From positions 4,448,001 through 4,512,000 of the forward strand of contig OX638351.1 in the NCBI GenBank assembly GCA_951813565.1: DNA of 64,000 nt, written 5' to 3'. Position numbers and translations under genes: made by a program. The first letter of the stretch is position 1. Every line of letters starts with the position of its first letter. This stretch comes from an uncultured Poribacteria bacterium. Its GTDB lineage: Bacteria; Poribacteria; WGA-4E; WGA-3G. Shown in pieces: positions 1 through 9,088 of this stretch. The notes beneath the pieces are model-generated. The model saw nothing but the letters and a program-made list of their open reading frames with translations. It was not told the DNA's origin and did no database searches.

Positions 1-141
1 TTCTTCAAAAAGGCTGACGACAAAATTGTCCATATTTCAAAAGCAGATTTTGGTCCGGGTGACCCTTTCTGCGCAGCTTGGCATCTTTTTGATTTGCTCG
101 CAAATGGTGCTAATGACTGGGAGCCAGCACTCAAGTATTAG
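1..141 (+). CDS. C-terminal part of a DUF899 (thioredoxin-like) family protein, truncated by window start
   Basis: Frame 1 reads FFKKADDKIVHISKADFGPGDPFCAAWHLFDLLANGANDWEPALKY* (TAG 139-141). The FGPGDxFCxxWHLFDLL..W.P..Y ending is what I recognise as DUF899. Not in the ORF track. Confidence 0.7.
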   Translation, partial: FFKKADDKIVHISKADFGPGDPFCAAWHLFDLLANGANDWEPALKY

Positions 142-219
142 CAGACGGTTCTGGTTTGATTTAGAAACGCTTGGAACTTATCTGTGTGGTTATTATTTGA
201 TGGATAATTTTGGAAAGAA

Positions 220-302
220 TGCCTCCGACTTGACTCGAACCAGCACGCCAATTAAGGCACAGGCCCTCAACCTGCCGTGTATACCAATTCCACCACAGAG
301 GC
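220..302 (-). tRNA. tRNA-Leu(GAG); CCA not encoded; one T-stem mismatch
   Basis: Reverse complement folds as acceptor GCCTCTG/CGGAGGC, D-arm GTGGAATTGGTATAC, anticodon arm GCAGG-TTGAGGG-CCTGT, variable arm GCC-TTAATT-GGC, T-arm GCTGG-TTCGAGT-CAAGT, discriminator A. Confidence 0.9.
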
Positions 303-530
303 ATTTTAAATTATTATACTTCTGAACGCGGAGAAAGTCAAATTTTTCGTAGTAGTCCTACATTTTAGAGAAAAACTTGTTTTTCTACTGGGATTTCTCA
401 TAACCTCTGGTTTCACGAAATAGCTAACCCTGAACCAGATAATGCTGTCCCCTACAGTTTTATAGTGAAACCCATAATTATTGATACATTTTGTCCCAGT
501 GGCAACTTCAAATGGACACTGTGAATGTCC

Positions 531-560
531 GAGGCGCAATGAATTGCGCGACTACAAACG
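531..560. repeat. GTAG-type REP-like palindrome (GTAGTCGCGCAATTCATTGCGC family)
   Basis: GGCGCAATGAATTGCGCGACTAC. Further copies near 20287, 25781, 32489 and 34181. Confidence 0.75.
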
Positions 561-657
561 CCGCTAACCTAAAGAAAATGTCCAGGTATTTTTAGATTTT
601 ACTATAATGCATTCCGACCAAACAAAACACCTATACAGGCATGAAAATGCGTTCTAT

Positions 658-789
658 TGGAGTGTCTACACTAAAATTGCGATTCGTGTCAGTAGTCGGG
701 ATTCGGAGTTCCCTCCTACAAAGAGGGTGTTCTGTAGGAGCGATCTCCGAATCGCGACCTTTACCCGCAAAATTTCGGTAGACACTCCA
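658..789. mobile_element. Small MITE-like element carrying REP-like palindromes
   Basis: Terminal inverted repeats TGGAGTGTCTAC...GTAGACACTCCA enclosing GTAG/CTAC-bounded imperfect palindromes. Confidence 0.55.
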
Positions 790-946
790 CTAGTGCAGTT
801 GCCATTCCGAATTACAGAGCTGCGGTACTTCCGAGTTTATCGATTGAAGTCGGTAAAGGCATTAACGAAAATCTAATCGGATTACTTACATACACAACTA
901 ATAGTTTGAAGTGCCAACGCTAATTAGGGCCAAAAAATCAGTAAAG

Positions 947-1798
947 TTAAGACAAGTTTTGTTGTTCAAATTCAAAAGGTGTCAAATACCCTAACGCAGA
1001 GTGAGGACGTTTGTGATGATACACCTGTGTGATAAAATGCCCGATGCGTGTTCTGACATCGGTTATATCCTCATAATCATTGAGATGAACTTCTTCTTCT
1101 TTGAGAGTTCGGATGAACCTTTCAACATACCCGTTCTCCCACGGACACCCTCTACGCGCTAAGGAAATCTCAATGCCGTGCTGTTTCAGCGTTGAGATAT
1201 AGGCACTTGAAAGATACTGCACCCCTTGATCGCTATGGTGGATCTCTGGGATACTTTGGCGTAATGCCTGTTCTAAGGCTTTCAGGGTCAGAGATGCGTT
1301 CAAATGTTGGCTGACCTGCCAGCCTCTTATCATGCGAGTGAAGACATCCATGAGCACCGAAACATAGACGAAGTATCTGTGGAGGCGGACATACGTTATA
1401 TCGCCAACCCAGACCTGATCACATCTACAGATGTCAAGTGCTTCAAGGCGATTCACCCAAGGCTGCACACCTTCAAGCGACCTCGTGGTTTGACTGGAAA
1501 CCCTTTTGACCGAAACCGACAAGTTCTGGGATTTCATAAATCGTGCGACGCGTCTATACCCAATGGTGTATCCCATACCCAACAGCATCTGCGTGATACG
1601 CCTATATCCATATTTCGGATAACGCGCACATAACTTCTCTATTTCCTCTCCAAGCACCTCTTCAAAAGGATCGCTTTTCGGGTGATAATAGAGAAGACTC
1701 CGGTTGAAATCCAGCGTCTCACAAATCTGGTGAACTGAATAATCGTCCCGCAACGCCTCAACGAGGTTTCGCTTATCAGACGAGGTCAACTCAACCAA
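947..1798 (-). CDS. IS3 transposase OrfB (DDE integrase core)
   Basis: WVGDITY, HHSDQGVQY, NGYVERFIRTLKEE and RPHSALGY motifs. Lies in the -1 frame relative to orfA. Confidence 0.95.
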   Translation of the reverse strand: MVELTSSDKRNLVEALRDDYSVHQICETLDFNRSLLYYHPKSDPFEEVLGEEIEKLCARYPKYGYRRITQMLLGMGYTIGYRRVARFMKSQNLSVSVKRVSSQTTRSLEGVQPWVNRLEALDICRCDQVWVGDITYVRLHRYFVYVSVLMDVFTRMIRGWQVSQHLNASLTLKALEQALRQSIPEIHHSDQGVQYLSSAYISTLKQHGIEISLARRGCPWENGYVERFIRTLKEEEVHLNDYEDITDVRTRIGHFITQVYHHKRPHSALGYLTPFEFEQQNLS

Positions 1799-2076
1799 GT
1801 CAAGGCTTTTTTTTGGATGTCAAGTGCCACGGTCAACCGCCCAACGAGTTGTTCAAGGTGTGCGATCCGTTCCATATTGGCATCAGACTGCTTATCAGCG
1901 GGTTCAAAGAGGGTCGCCGCATTTTCAAGAAGTTGTCGCTTCCACTTTGAGAGTTGTTCATCGCTGAGGTTATGTCGCCGACACACTTCTGCTTGGGAAC
2001 TTTGACCGCTGAGAGCCTCAAGTACAACTTCCGCTTTAAACTCAGGCGTGAAGTTTCTTCGTTTTCGTTTTGCCAT
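1786..2076 (-). CDS. IS3 transposase OrfA (HTH)
   Basis: RRNFTPEFKAEVVLE...AEVCRRHNLS..QLSKWKRQ HTH plus leucine zipper. Confidence 0.93.
   Translation of the reverse strand: MAKRKRRNFTPEFKAEVVLEALSGQSSQAEVCRRHNLSDEQLSKWKRQLLENAATLFEPADKQSDANMERIAHLEQLVGRLTVALDIQKKALTWLS
1806..1815 (-). promoter_or_regulatory. Programmed -1 frameshift/slippage site C-A8-G for the OrfAB fusion
   Basis: Minus strand CAAAAAAAAG near the orfA end. A -1 shift reads into the orfB frame (AGC CTT GAC TTG GTT GAG). Confidence 0.8.
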
Positions 2077-2155
2077 CGGATACTCCTTATAATTAGATTG
2101 TTATTATACCACAATCTTGGTTTAGACAGTGGCCCTAATTTCCGATGGCAGTACA

Positions 2156-2374
2156 AAGCCAACCCGAAAATTGCTTAGGATTTCTTAGAGTGGAGAGTTT
2201 TTTGTATACTTGAAGGAAAACGTCTTGCGTAATTTCTTCAGCAAAGTGAAAATCGCCAATCTCACGCCAAGCAAGCGCGTGAACCCCTTTTTGATATTTT
2301 TCAACTAAAGAACTAAACGCCTCATCGTCCCCTGATAAAATTTTGTGAATTAGTTGGACATCATCTTTTTCCAT
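2156..2374 (-). pseudogene. ECF sigma-70 factor, N-terminal (region 2) fragment truncated by IS3
   Basis: MEKDDVQLIHKILSGDDEAFSSLVEKYQ...AEEITQDVFLQVYKKLSTLRNPKQFSGWL aligns with the 58477 sigma up to GWL, where the IS end begins. Confidence 0.9.
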
Positions 2375-2533
2375 TATAATTCTCCAAGATTGACCAATAG
2401 ATTAAATGTGCTTTCGCTCTTTTAACACCCTCAGTTAAATATAGACTTTATATCTCAAGTTTAAACTCTTAAGAGTATACCAAACACACACATAATCTGA
2501 AATTGTTAAATTAGAGCTATCTTATTAATTATA

Positions 2534-2562
2534 AGACACAGTTTTGAGGCTGAAAATGTGCA
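2534..2562 (-). promoter_or_regulatory. Putative ECF-type autoregulatory promoter
   Basis: TGCACA-N17-GTGTCT upstream of the sigma fragment. A similar TGCAAC-N16-GCATCT lies upstream of the 58477 sigma. Confidence 0.4.
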
Positions 2563-2634
2563 TAATTTGAGAAAAATCAGATTTTTTCTCAAAACTCTAA
2601 TTTTTTTTAATAATTTCTGCTGTCCGCAGCGTAA

Positions 2635-2663
2635 TTGACAACTAATATACAATATGCTAAACT
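2635..2663 (+). promoter_or_regulatory. sigma70-like promoter
   Basis: TTGACA-17 nt-TAAACT with extended TG, upstream of thiO. Confidence 0.6.
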
Positions 2664-2725
2664 ATTCATAGTTTTCAATCGTGGCAATTATCTTTATGTA
2701 ACACTTTCCCAAAAACGGAGAAAAC

Positions 2726-3832
2726 TTGAACCAGAATAAGGCAGATGTTGCTATTATCGGCGGTGGTATTATTGGGTGTGCGATTGCCTATGAACTTGCC
2801 AAAAGGCAGGTAGATGTCCTCTTAATTGAAAAAGCATCACGTATTGGAACGGAAGCATCTTGGGCAGGCGCAGGTATTTTAACATCTCACGCATCAACGC
2901 ACGAACCGTATCCAGAATTATGCCGTGCAAGTCTTGCCATGTATCCATCATTAGCCACAGAACTGAAATCCGAAACAGAAATAGACATCGAATTTATCTG
3001 TTCTGGCACACTCTCAGTCTTTTTTGATGATTCGGAGGCAGCAGGTTTGATCGGTTTAGCGGAACGGCGGATAGACCGAGGTTTTACTGCTGAAGTTTTA
3101 TCTCCCGAACAGACATGGAAATTAGAGCCCGCTGTTTCAAAATCCATTGCAGGAGCAGTGTTGTTTCCTGAAGATGGACATGTACGTAACCCCAAGATGG
3201 TGGCTGCGTTAGCAAAAGGTGCAGCAAATTACGGTGCTAAACTCCTATTAGGAAATCCAGTTACTGGATTTGTCAGAGAGAATGGACGAGTTGTCGGGGC
3301 GATAGTCAACGGTGAAACTATCTATGCAGATTCATTTGTCATCGCTGCAGGGTGCTGGGCAGGCAACTTAACAGCCTTACTTGACTTTCATATCTCAATT
3401 TCTCCTGCGAAAGGGCAAATTGTTCTGCTTGAAACGATGCCACCACTGATTCAGCGTACAATTGATGGTCTCGGTATCTATATTGTTCCGCGTGCAGACG
3501 GCAAGATTTTGCTCGGTGCTACGGTGGAGTTTGTTGGCTACGATAAAACGCCATCTGTTGATGGTGTAAAGCAGATGATTGACGCTGCGGTTGTTATCGC
3601 ACCCGAACTCGCGCAAAGCACATTTGTGCAAACATGGGCAGGTCTGCGTCCATATTATAAAAACGGGCCGTGTCTCGGATATCTTCCTGGATATGACAAC
3701 GTAGTCATAGCATCTGGGCACTTCAAAAACGGCATTCTGCTTGCCCCGATTACAGGACAACTCATTGCGGAATTACTTACAACAGGACAGACTTCGCAAT
3801 CACTGAAGCCTTTTGCTCCCACTGCGATATAA
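2726..3832 (+). CDS. thiO: Glycine oxidase ThiO / DAO-family FAD oxidoreductase
   Basis: GGGIIG FAD motif, ASWAGAGIL, WAGLRP, GHFKNGILLAPITG. TTG start with GGAG SD. Confidence 0.85.
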   Translation: MNQNKADVAIIGGGIIGCAIAYELAKRQVDVLLIEKASRIGTEASWAGAGILTSHASTHEPYPELCRASLAMYPSLATELKSETEIDIEFICSGTLSVFFDDSEAAGLIGLAERRIDRGFTAEVLSPEQTWKLEPAVSKSIAGAVLFPEDGHVRNPKMVAALAKGAANYGAKLLLGNPVTGFVRENGRVVGAIVNGETIYADSFVIAAGCWAGNLTALLDFHISISPAKGQIVLLETMPPLIQRTIDGLGIYIVPRADGKILLGATVEFVGYDKTPSVDGVKQMIDAAVVIAPELAQSTFVQTWAGLRPYYKNGPCLGYLPGYDNVVIASGHFKNGILLAPITGQLIAELLTTGQTSQSLKPFAPTAI

Positions 3833-4012
3833 GGAATCTCCAGTAAACAGCAAAAACCCTCCTTCGCTCATTCTTAATACCACTGATTTTTGATATATTT
3901 GTTTACACCATCGCGCACGGCTTGTTTTCAAGTTTTTCTGGACATAAATAAAGTTATCATATATCTTAATATCCTGAAGACAATCTTTACTATACTCATA
4001 AACGGAGGAAAC

Positions 4013-4198
4013 ATGCTTGGTAACTTTGAAGGTCTCGCAATGCTTACGATTTTGTGGACAGTGTTTACCGCAATTTTTTGGATGGTTATCGGTTGGCGCG
4101 CAATGCGTGCACATGAAAAAATCGCAGATTCTGTTGAATGGTTAACACGACAGAATTTTAGACGAGAACAAGAATCCAACACGCCAAATGAAGATTAA
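4013..4198 (+). CDS. Small single-pass membrane protein (61 aa)
   Basis: GGAGG SD, ATG at 4013, hydrophobic LAMLTILWTVFTAIFWMVIGW followed by a charged tail. Confidence 0.65.
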   Translation: MLGNFEGLAMLTILWTVFTAIFWMVIGWRAMRAHEKIADSVEWLTRQNFRREQESNTPNED

Positions 4199-4285
4199 GG
4201 ATTTCAAACATTATGAAATGACCCGCATAGACATGGGTAGGTGTAGGGTCATATTTTATTTTCAAATACACTACTAAGGAGATAA

Positions 4286-4675
4286 ATGAAACCGCATATC
4301 ACTATCGTTACACTTGGTGTTGAAGACCTACAACGTTCCGTTGATTTCTATCAAAATGGGTTAGGTTTTCCCTTAATGGGTGACTCGGATAGTATCGCAT
4401 TTTTTAAGATGGAAGGTATAATATTTGGACTCTATCCAAGGGACAAACTGGCTGAAGATATTACTGTTTCTCCGGAAGGATCAGGTTTTCAAGGATTTAC
4501 GCTTGCTCACAATGTTGATTCACCAGAAGAGGTAGACAACACCTTAGCAGAAGCGGTTGCAGCGGGCGCTGAACTTGTGAAACCCGGACAGAAGGTGTTT
4601 TGGGGTGGTTATTCAGGTTACTTCAAAGACCCTGACGGTTTTTATTGGGAAGTTGCACACAACCCCTTTCTATAA
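4286..4675 (+). CDS. VOC/glyoxalase family protein
   Basis: ITIVTLGVEDL..S..FY, FWGGYSGYFKDPDG.YWEVAHNP. Confidence 0.9.
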   Translation: MKPHITIVTLGVEDLQRSVDFYQNGLGFPLMGDSDSIAFFKMEGIIFGLYPRDKLAEDITVSPEGSGFQGFTLAHNVDSPEEVDNTLAEAVAAGAELVKPGQKVFWGGYSGYFKDPDGFYWEVAHNPFL

Positions 4676-4730
4676 TGTTTCAGCCGATCCCGTCTAATAA
4701 TTACGCAAAAAATGATTTGGAGGCTTATTT

Positions 4731-5750
4731 ATGGATAAAATTAGAGTTGCTTTTATTGGTTGTGGTGGGATGTCATCAATTTTACAACAGTGCATCCCGA
4801 TGGTCCCTGAGTTTGAATTTGTTGCTACATGTGACCTTGTAGAAGACAAGGCGAAATCGAATGCTCGGAGGTTTGGTGCACTGCGTCATTACACCGATTA
4901 CAATGAGATGTTCAAAAATGAAGACCTCTATGCAGTAGCAGTAGTTGGCAGACCAGAGGATAAACTACATCGAGACATTGGTATTGAATGTCTCCAGCAA
5001 GGTTATCACATATATACGGAAAAGCCTCCTGCCACTACAGCAGAGGGGGCGAAAATGCTGGTAGATGCGTCTGTTGAGACAGGTAAGACAGGTATGGTAG
5101 GCACAATGTGGCGGCATGCCCCTGCACATCAGATTGCAAAAAAGTTGATAGACGAAGACGATTTTGGAACAGCGTGCCAATACCATACGCGATACCTCGC
5201 GCCAGGTCCACGCCTTAATCAGGCAGGGTCACCTTTTGCTTGGCCCTTCATGCTTGATCAGGTAATCCATCCCACCGATTGCATGCGTTTTTTTATGGGA
5301 CAGGTCAGCGAAGTGTTTGCGATGGGTGAGATTGATTCTGCATCATCTACCGTTTCAATGTCCGTGAATCTACGATACGAGAACGGTGGCATCGGCACTA
5401 TGACACTCGGTACTGGTCCTGTCTTAGAGGCGATGGTTTTCATCAAAGGCACAAACAATCAGGCAATTCAGGTGTTTGAGACACGTAAGTTGCGCCGTTA
5501 CCGTGTCCCGACATGGCTCGGTACTGGTGGTGGTTATGCTGACACACCTACCGAAGAATGGAATCTTAATACTGCATATCATGGTATCAGCAGACCCGGT
5601 TATCTGGAAGAGATGCGGCATTGGGCACAATCATTACAAGCAGGAACACAACCACATTCAAGTCTTGAAGATGCGTATCAGAACATGCGTGTTTTAGAGG
5701 CAATTAGTCGTAGCATTGAAAGTGAAGAAGTTGTTAAAATTTCCGATTAA
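4731..5750 (+). CDS. Gfo/Idh/MocA oxidoreductase
   Basis: IGCGG Rossmann start, EKP motif. Confidence 0.88.
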   Translation: MDKIRVAFIGCGGMSSILQQCIPMVPEFEFVATCDLVEDKAKSNARRFGALRHYTDYNEMFKNEDLYAVAVVGRPEDKLHRDIGIECLQQGYHIYTEKPPATTAEGAKMLVDASVETGKTGMVGTMWRHAPAHQIAKKLIDEDDFGTACQYHTRYLAPGPRLNQAGSPFAWPFMLDQVIHPTDCMRFFMGQVSEVFAMGEIDSASSTVSMSVNLRYENGGIGTMTLGTGPVLEAMVFIKGTNNQAIQVFETRKLRRYRVPTWLGTGGGYADTPTEEWNLNTAYHGISRPGYLEEMRHWAQSLQAGTQPHSSLEDAYQNMRVLEAISRSIESEEVVKISD

Positions 5751-5770
5751 TTTGTCGAAAATTAATTGTT

Positions 5771-6667
5771 ATGGAATGGTCACCCCGAGTAAAACCTATC
5801 AAAATTCGTCGTTTATACCGATTTGCACGGCTTGGTATCTATGATGATATGTTGCTACATGATGTAGGGTGGGAACTATATGCTCGCTGTGCTGATATCG
5901 CGACGGTTGCCGATGTTTATCGTGAGGGACGTGTGCCTTGTCCACAATGCAGCACAAAGATAGCGCGGCAGATTGACCCGCTTTTTAGTAAAGTTGAAGG
6001 TGGGACTCGCGAGAATTGGTTTCGCTGCTTGCACTGTGGAGAAAGACTTCTTTGGCGCGATTGTCGTCAAGCACTGCGTGATACGCCGCGATGTTTTACG
6101 TGTCGTTCTGTCCTAAAGCAAAATGATGACTTGCAGTGTGCTTGTGGGAAAACCTGGGCCCAAGTAGCCTACAATCAGTCGGTGAGAACCCGTGTTCGTT
6201 TACCGTGTCCTCATTGTCATAATCTTGTCCGTAGACCAGATAAACCTCCGAAAACGCAAACCGCCAAACATCAGCAATCTAAACCCGAATTACAGTGTCC
6301 GAAGTGTCAAGAGACGGCACTGCATGTTTCTGGTAACATTCAGTGCACAGTGTGTGATTATAAACGTAGGTGGCGAGATTATCGTAAAAGTTTAAAAAAG
6401 AAAGATGAAAAACTTACTTGCACAGACTGTGGATATTCGTTTAGATGGCAAGCATGGCGAAAAAGCACGCAGACACTCAGAACCGGCAATCCCAGACCAG
6501 CGCGTGAATTTATCCAAAAATGGCTTAGGTGCTACACACCACAACAACGTATGATTCAGATAGATACCTTACTGCAGACGTTGCACGGTAGAGGCCCCTT
6601 AGCACCGCTGTTTATTGATAGTGGCGAGCATAATATCCGCCAGATGCTTGATGATTTGGCATCGTAG
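5771..6667 (+). CDS. Multi zinc-ribbon hypothetical protein
   Basis: Seven CxxC plus one CxC knuckle, in four repeats each followed by a W..Y/W.+S helix. Confidence 0.7.
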   Translation: MEWSPRVKPIKIRRLYRFARLGIYDDMLLHDVGWELYARCADIATVADVYREGRVPCPQCSTKIARQIDPLFSKVEGGTRENWFRCLHCGERLLWRDCRQALRDTPRCFTCRSVLKQNDDLQCACGKTWAQVAYNQSVRTRVRLPCPHCHNLVRRPDKPPKTQTAKHQQSKPELQCPKCQETALHVSGNIQCTVCDYKRRWRDYRKSLKKKDEKLTCTDCGYSFRWQAWRKSTQTLRTGNPRPAREFIQKWLRCYTPQQRMIQIDTLLQTLHGRGPLAPLFIDSGEHNIRQMLDDLAS

Positions 6668-6760
6668 GTTAAAATGTTGCAAAACGTGGGATCTTTTCTT
6701 ATAATTTTTTAATTAGATATGGTACGACTATCCATAAATCAATGCGGCAGGAAACATTGT

Positions 6761-7591
6761 TTATTGATTAAATAGATATTCAATGAGTTGTCTCCCTTCC
6801 CGAAAATCTGGGATGATGATGTCTGCCCCAACCCGAATAAGTCGTTCCCGTTTATCTGCGTTCATATTATAAACATTATCTTCAACAGACGCTACACCCA
6901 CAGCGATAGCACCCACCGCTTTGGCATTTTCAATTTCCACGTAGCCGTCTCCAACAATAAGAAGTTCACTCGCTTTCAACTTGAAATCTGTTAGGATTTT
7001 CTGAATGACCATGGCTTTGGAGAATTTTTTATATTCCCTTAAGGCACCAAAAATTCCACCACTAAAATACTGCGCAACATCGAGAAGTTTTGCTTCGTTT
7101 TTGACAAATTCAACATCTGTCCCACTGGCGAGATAGCATTTTACACCCATTTCATGCAGACTTTGGAGAAATTCAAGTGCCATTGGAACGCGTAGTGTTT
7201 CTGGTGATTTTGTTCCTACCGCGAGTTCTGAGATTCGTTGTTCAACAATAGGCAGTAGACGTTGGTTATACGCATCTTTATATGCGAGCGGATCCTTCGG
7301 TTGCCCACCACGTTCCTCAATCTCTTTACTGAGTTGAATCATCTGATAGATCGTCTGTTTACCCGTCAATTTATCAACAAATTCAACAACAATTGCTTCC
7401 AATTGTTCTTGGGTTTCGGTGGTATCGGTTTCTGTTTGGAGGAACTCAATCATCATCGGTACCATGACGTTCTGCCATCCGTCCCGAATGAGAGAAATCG
7501 TTCCGTCAAAATCAAAAACAACATGACGGATGTTTCCAGTTTGGATTTTGCGGTGAATTTCAATGGCGGTTCCATCTAAAACATACTGCAT
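6761..7591 (-). CDS. HAD-family hydrolase/phosphatase
   Basis: FDFDGT motif I, SG motif II, GDG motif IV. Confidence 0.88.
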   Translation of the reverse strand: MQYVLDGTAIEIHRKIQTGNIRHVVFDFDGTISLIRDGWQNVMVPMMIEFLQTETDTTETQEQLEAIVVEFVDKLTGKQTIYQMIQLSKEIEERGGQPKDPLAYKDAYNQRLLPIVEQRISELAVGTKSPETLRVPMALEFLQSLHEMGVKCYLASGTDVEFVKNEAKLLDVAQYFSGGIFGALREYKKFSKAMVIQKILTDFKLKASELLIVGDGYVEIENAKAVGAIAVGVASVEDNVYNMNADKRERLIRVGADIIIPDFREGRQLIEYLFNQ

Positions 7592-7609
7592 AAGGCGTCC
7601 TCGCTCTGA

Positions 7610-7858
7610 GGGTGTGTAAATATTTGGTTACATAGGTTCAATTTGCAATGATTACGCGGCGTTTTCCACTGTAGGGCGGGGTCCCTGTGCCCCGCCACTG
7701 TGCAGGACGTGCCATGCAACGGGCAGGCACCAAATCAAGAAATCAACGGTATGAACGACATTTAGTCATTCACCGGGTCCGAATACCTTTTGGCATTCCC
7801 CGGAGACCCGCCTCTACAATAGGAGTTGTGCGGATTTCTACAAAAACTTTACACACCC
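7610..7858 (+). mobile_element. Non-autonomous MITE with ISKra4-like ends (249 bp), 9-bp TSD
   Basis: Ends GGGTGTGTAAA...TTTACACACCC match the IS at 27915. TSD TCGCTCTGA at 7601-7609 and 7859-7867. Second copy at 27241. Confidence 0.9.
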
Positions 7859-7955
7859 TCGCTCTGATAAAGATGTTGATTTCTCAATGCTTTTCTGATA
7901 ATATAATGGGATATAGATAATTAAGCAACCAAAATCTGTCCTCACTTGAAATGAT

Positions 7956-8831
7956 ATGGATGAAAAAGAAATTCTTAAAAAGATTCGACGTATTGACATT
8001 TTCACAAATCGGTTGGTGAATACCGTCTTTGCAGGTGAATATAAGAGCATTTTCAAGGGGCAGGGAATCACATTTGATGAAGTAAGAGAATATCAAGATG
8101 GTGATGAAATTAGGACGATCGATTGGAATGTCACAGCACGCATGGGGCATGCCTATGTCAAGAAGTACGTTGAGGAACGCGAGTTAATAATGATGTTGCT
8201 TGTAGATATGAGTGCTTCAACGGCATTCGGCAGTATTCCTGAAACGAAAGCTGAGATTGCAGCAGAAGTTGCAGCACTTCTGGCTTTTTCCGCTATCAAA
8301 AACAATGATAAAGTCGGGTTAATCTGTTTTACTGATACGGTTGAACATTTTGTCGCGCCGCGCAAAGGTAAAAGACACGTTTTGCGTGTTGTTCGCGATA
8401 TTCTCCGTTTTCAGCCGAGTCATTCTGGTACAGATATTGCTGAAGCATTAATATTTGCTGATCAAGTTTTAAAACCGCATAGTGTTGTATTTCTAATCTC
8501 GGATTTTATGGATACTGACTATCAGAGGCAGCTACGTATCACAAGCAAGCGGCATTCACTTATCGCCATTACACTACAAGATCAACGGGAAGTAGAGATG
8601 CCGAACGTCGGTTTAATAGAGTTTGAGGATGCTGAGACTGGTGAGCGAATGGTAGTAGATACACGGTCTGAACAAGCAAGGCAACTATATGCAGAACTCA
8701 ATCAAGAAGCAGATGCAGCACGGCTACAAGCTTTTCGGGCAAGCCAGACTGATTTTATCAATATCCGCACGGATGAGTCTTATGTAACACCACTTATGCG
8801 TTTTTTTCGTCAGCGCGCTGCGCGTGGTTAG
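7956..8831 (+). CDS. DUF58 (VWA-like, MoxR-associated) protein
   Basis: GEYKSIFKGQGITFDEVREYQ.GD.IR.IDWNVTAR, LVDMSAS, FLISDF. Confidence 0.92.
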   Translation: MDEKEILKKIRRIDIFTNRLVNTVFAGEYKSIFKGQGITFDEVREYQDGDEIRTIDWNVTARMGHAYVKKYVEERELIMMLLVDMSASTAFGSIPETKAEIAAEVAALLAFSAIKNNDKVGLICFTDTVEHFVAPRKGKRHVLRVVRDILRFQPSHSGTDIAEALIFADQVLKPHSVVFLISDFMDTDYQRQLRITSKRHSLIAITLQDQREVEMPNVGLIEFEDAETGERMVVDTRSEQARQLYAELNQEADAARLQAFRASQTDFINIRTDESYVTPLMRFFRQRAARG

Positions 8832-8888
8832 GTATTACTTTAATACACCATAGACGATGATTTGGTGCTACGTAGAGGAGAGAATATA

Positions 8889-9081
8889 GAGTGTATCTCA
8901 TAAATCAGATTTTGTTAGGTTCGCTATGTTTTATCTAACGCTTCCTCATATTGTAGGGGCGGGTCCCTGTGCCCGCCCATTGTTCCATCTTCAAGACATG
9001 GCGAGGCACCAAATCAACGGTCCGAATGCCTGATGGCATTCCCCGGGACCTCGCCCTACAAATGATTTATGAGATAGGTTG
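8889..9081. mobile_element. MITE (GAGYGTATCTCATAAAT ends) enclosing a GTAGGGGCG REP pair, with a 35-nt micro-element at 9010-9044
   Basis: Inverted homolog at 45558-45718, which lacks the micro-element. Confidence 0.7.
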
Positions 9082-9088
9082 TAGTATT

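Larger units (their letters stand above)
907..2155 (-). mobile_element. IS3-family insertion sequence (1249 bp)
   Basis: Imperfect IRs TGTACTGCCATCGGAAATTAGGGCCA (end at 2155) and TGAAGTGCCAACGCTAATTAGGGCCA (start at 907), TG...CA termini, orfA/orfB inside. No flanking DR visible. Confidence 0.93.
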
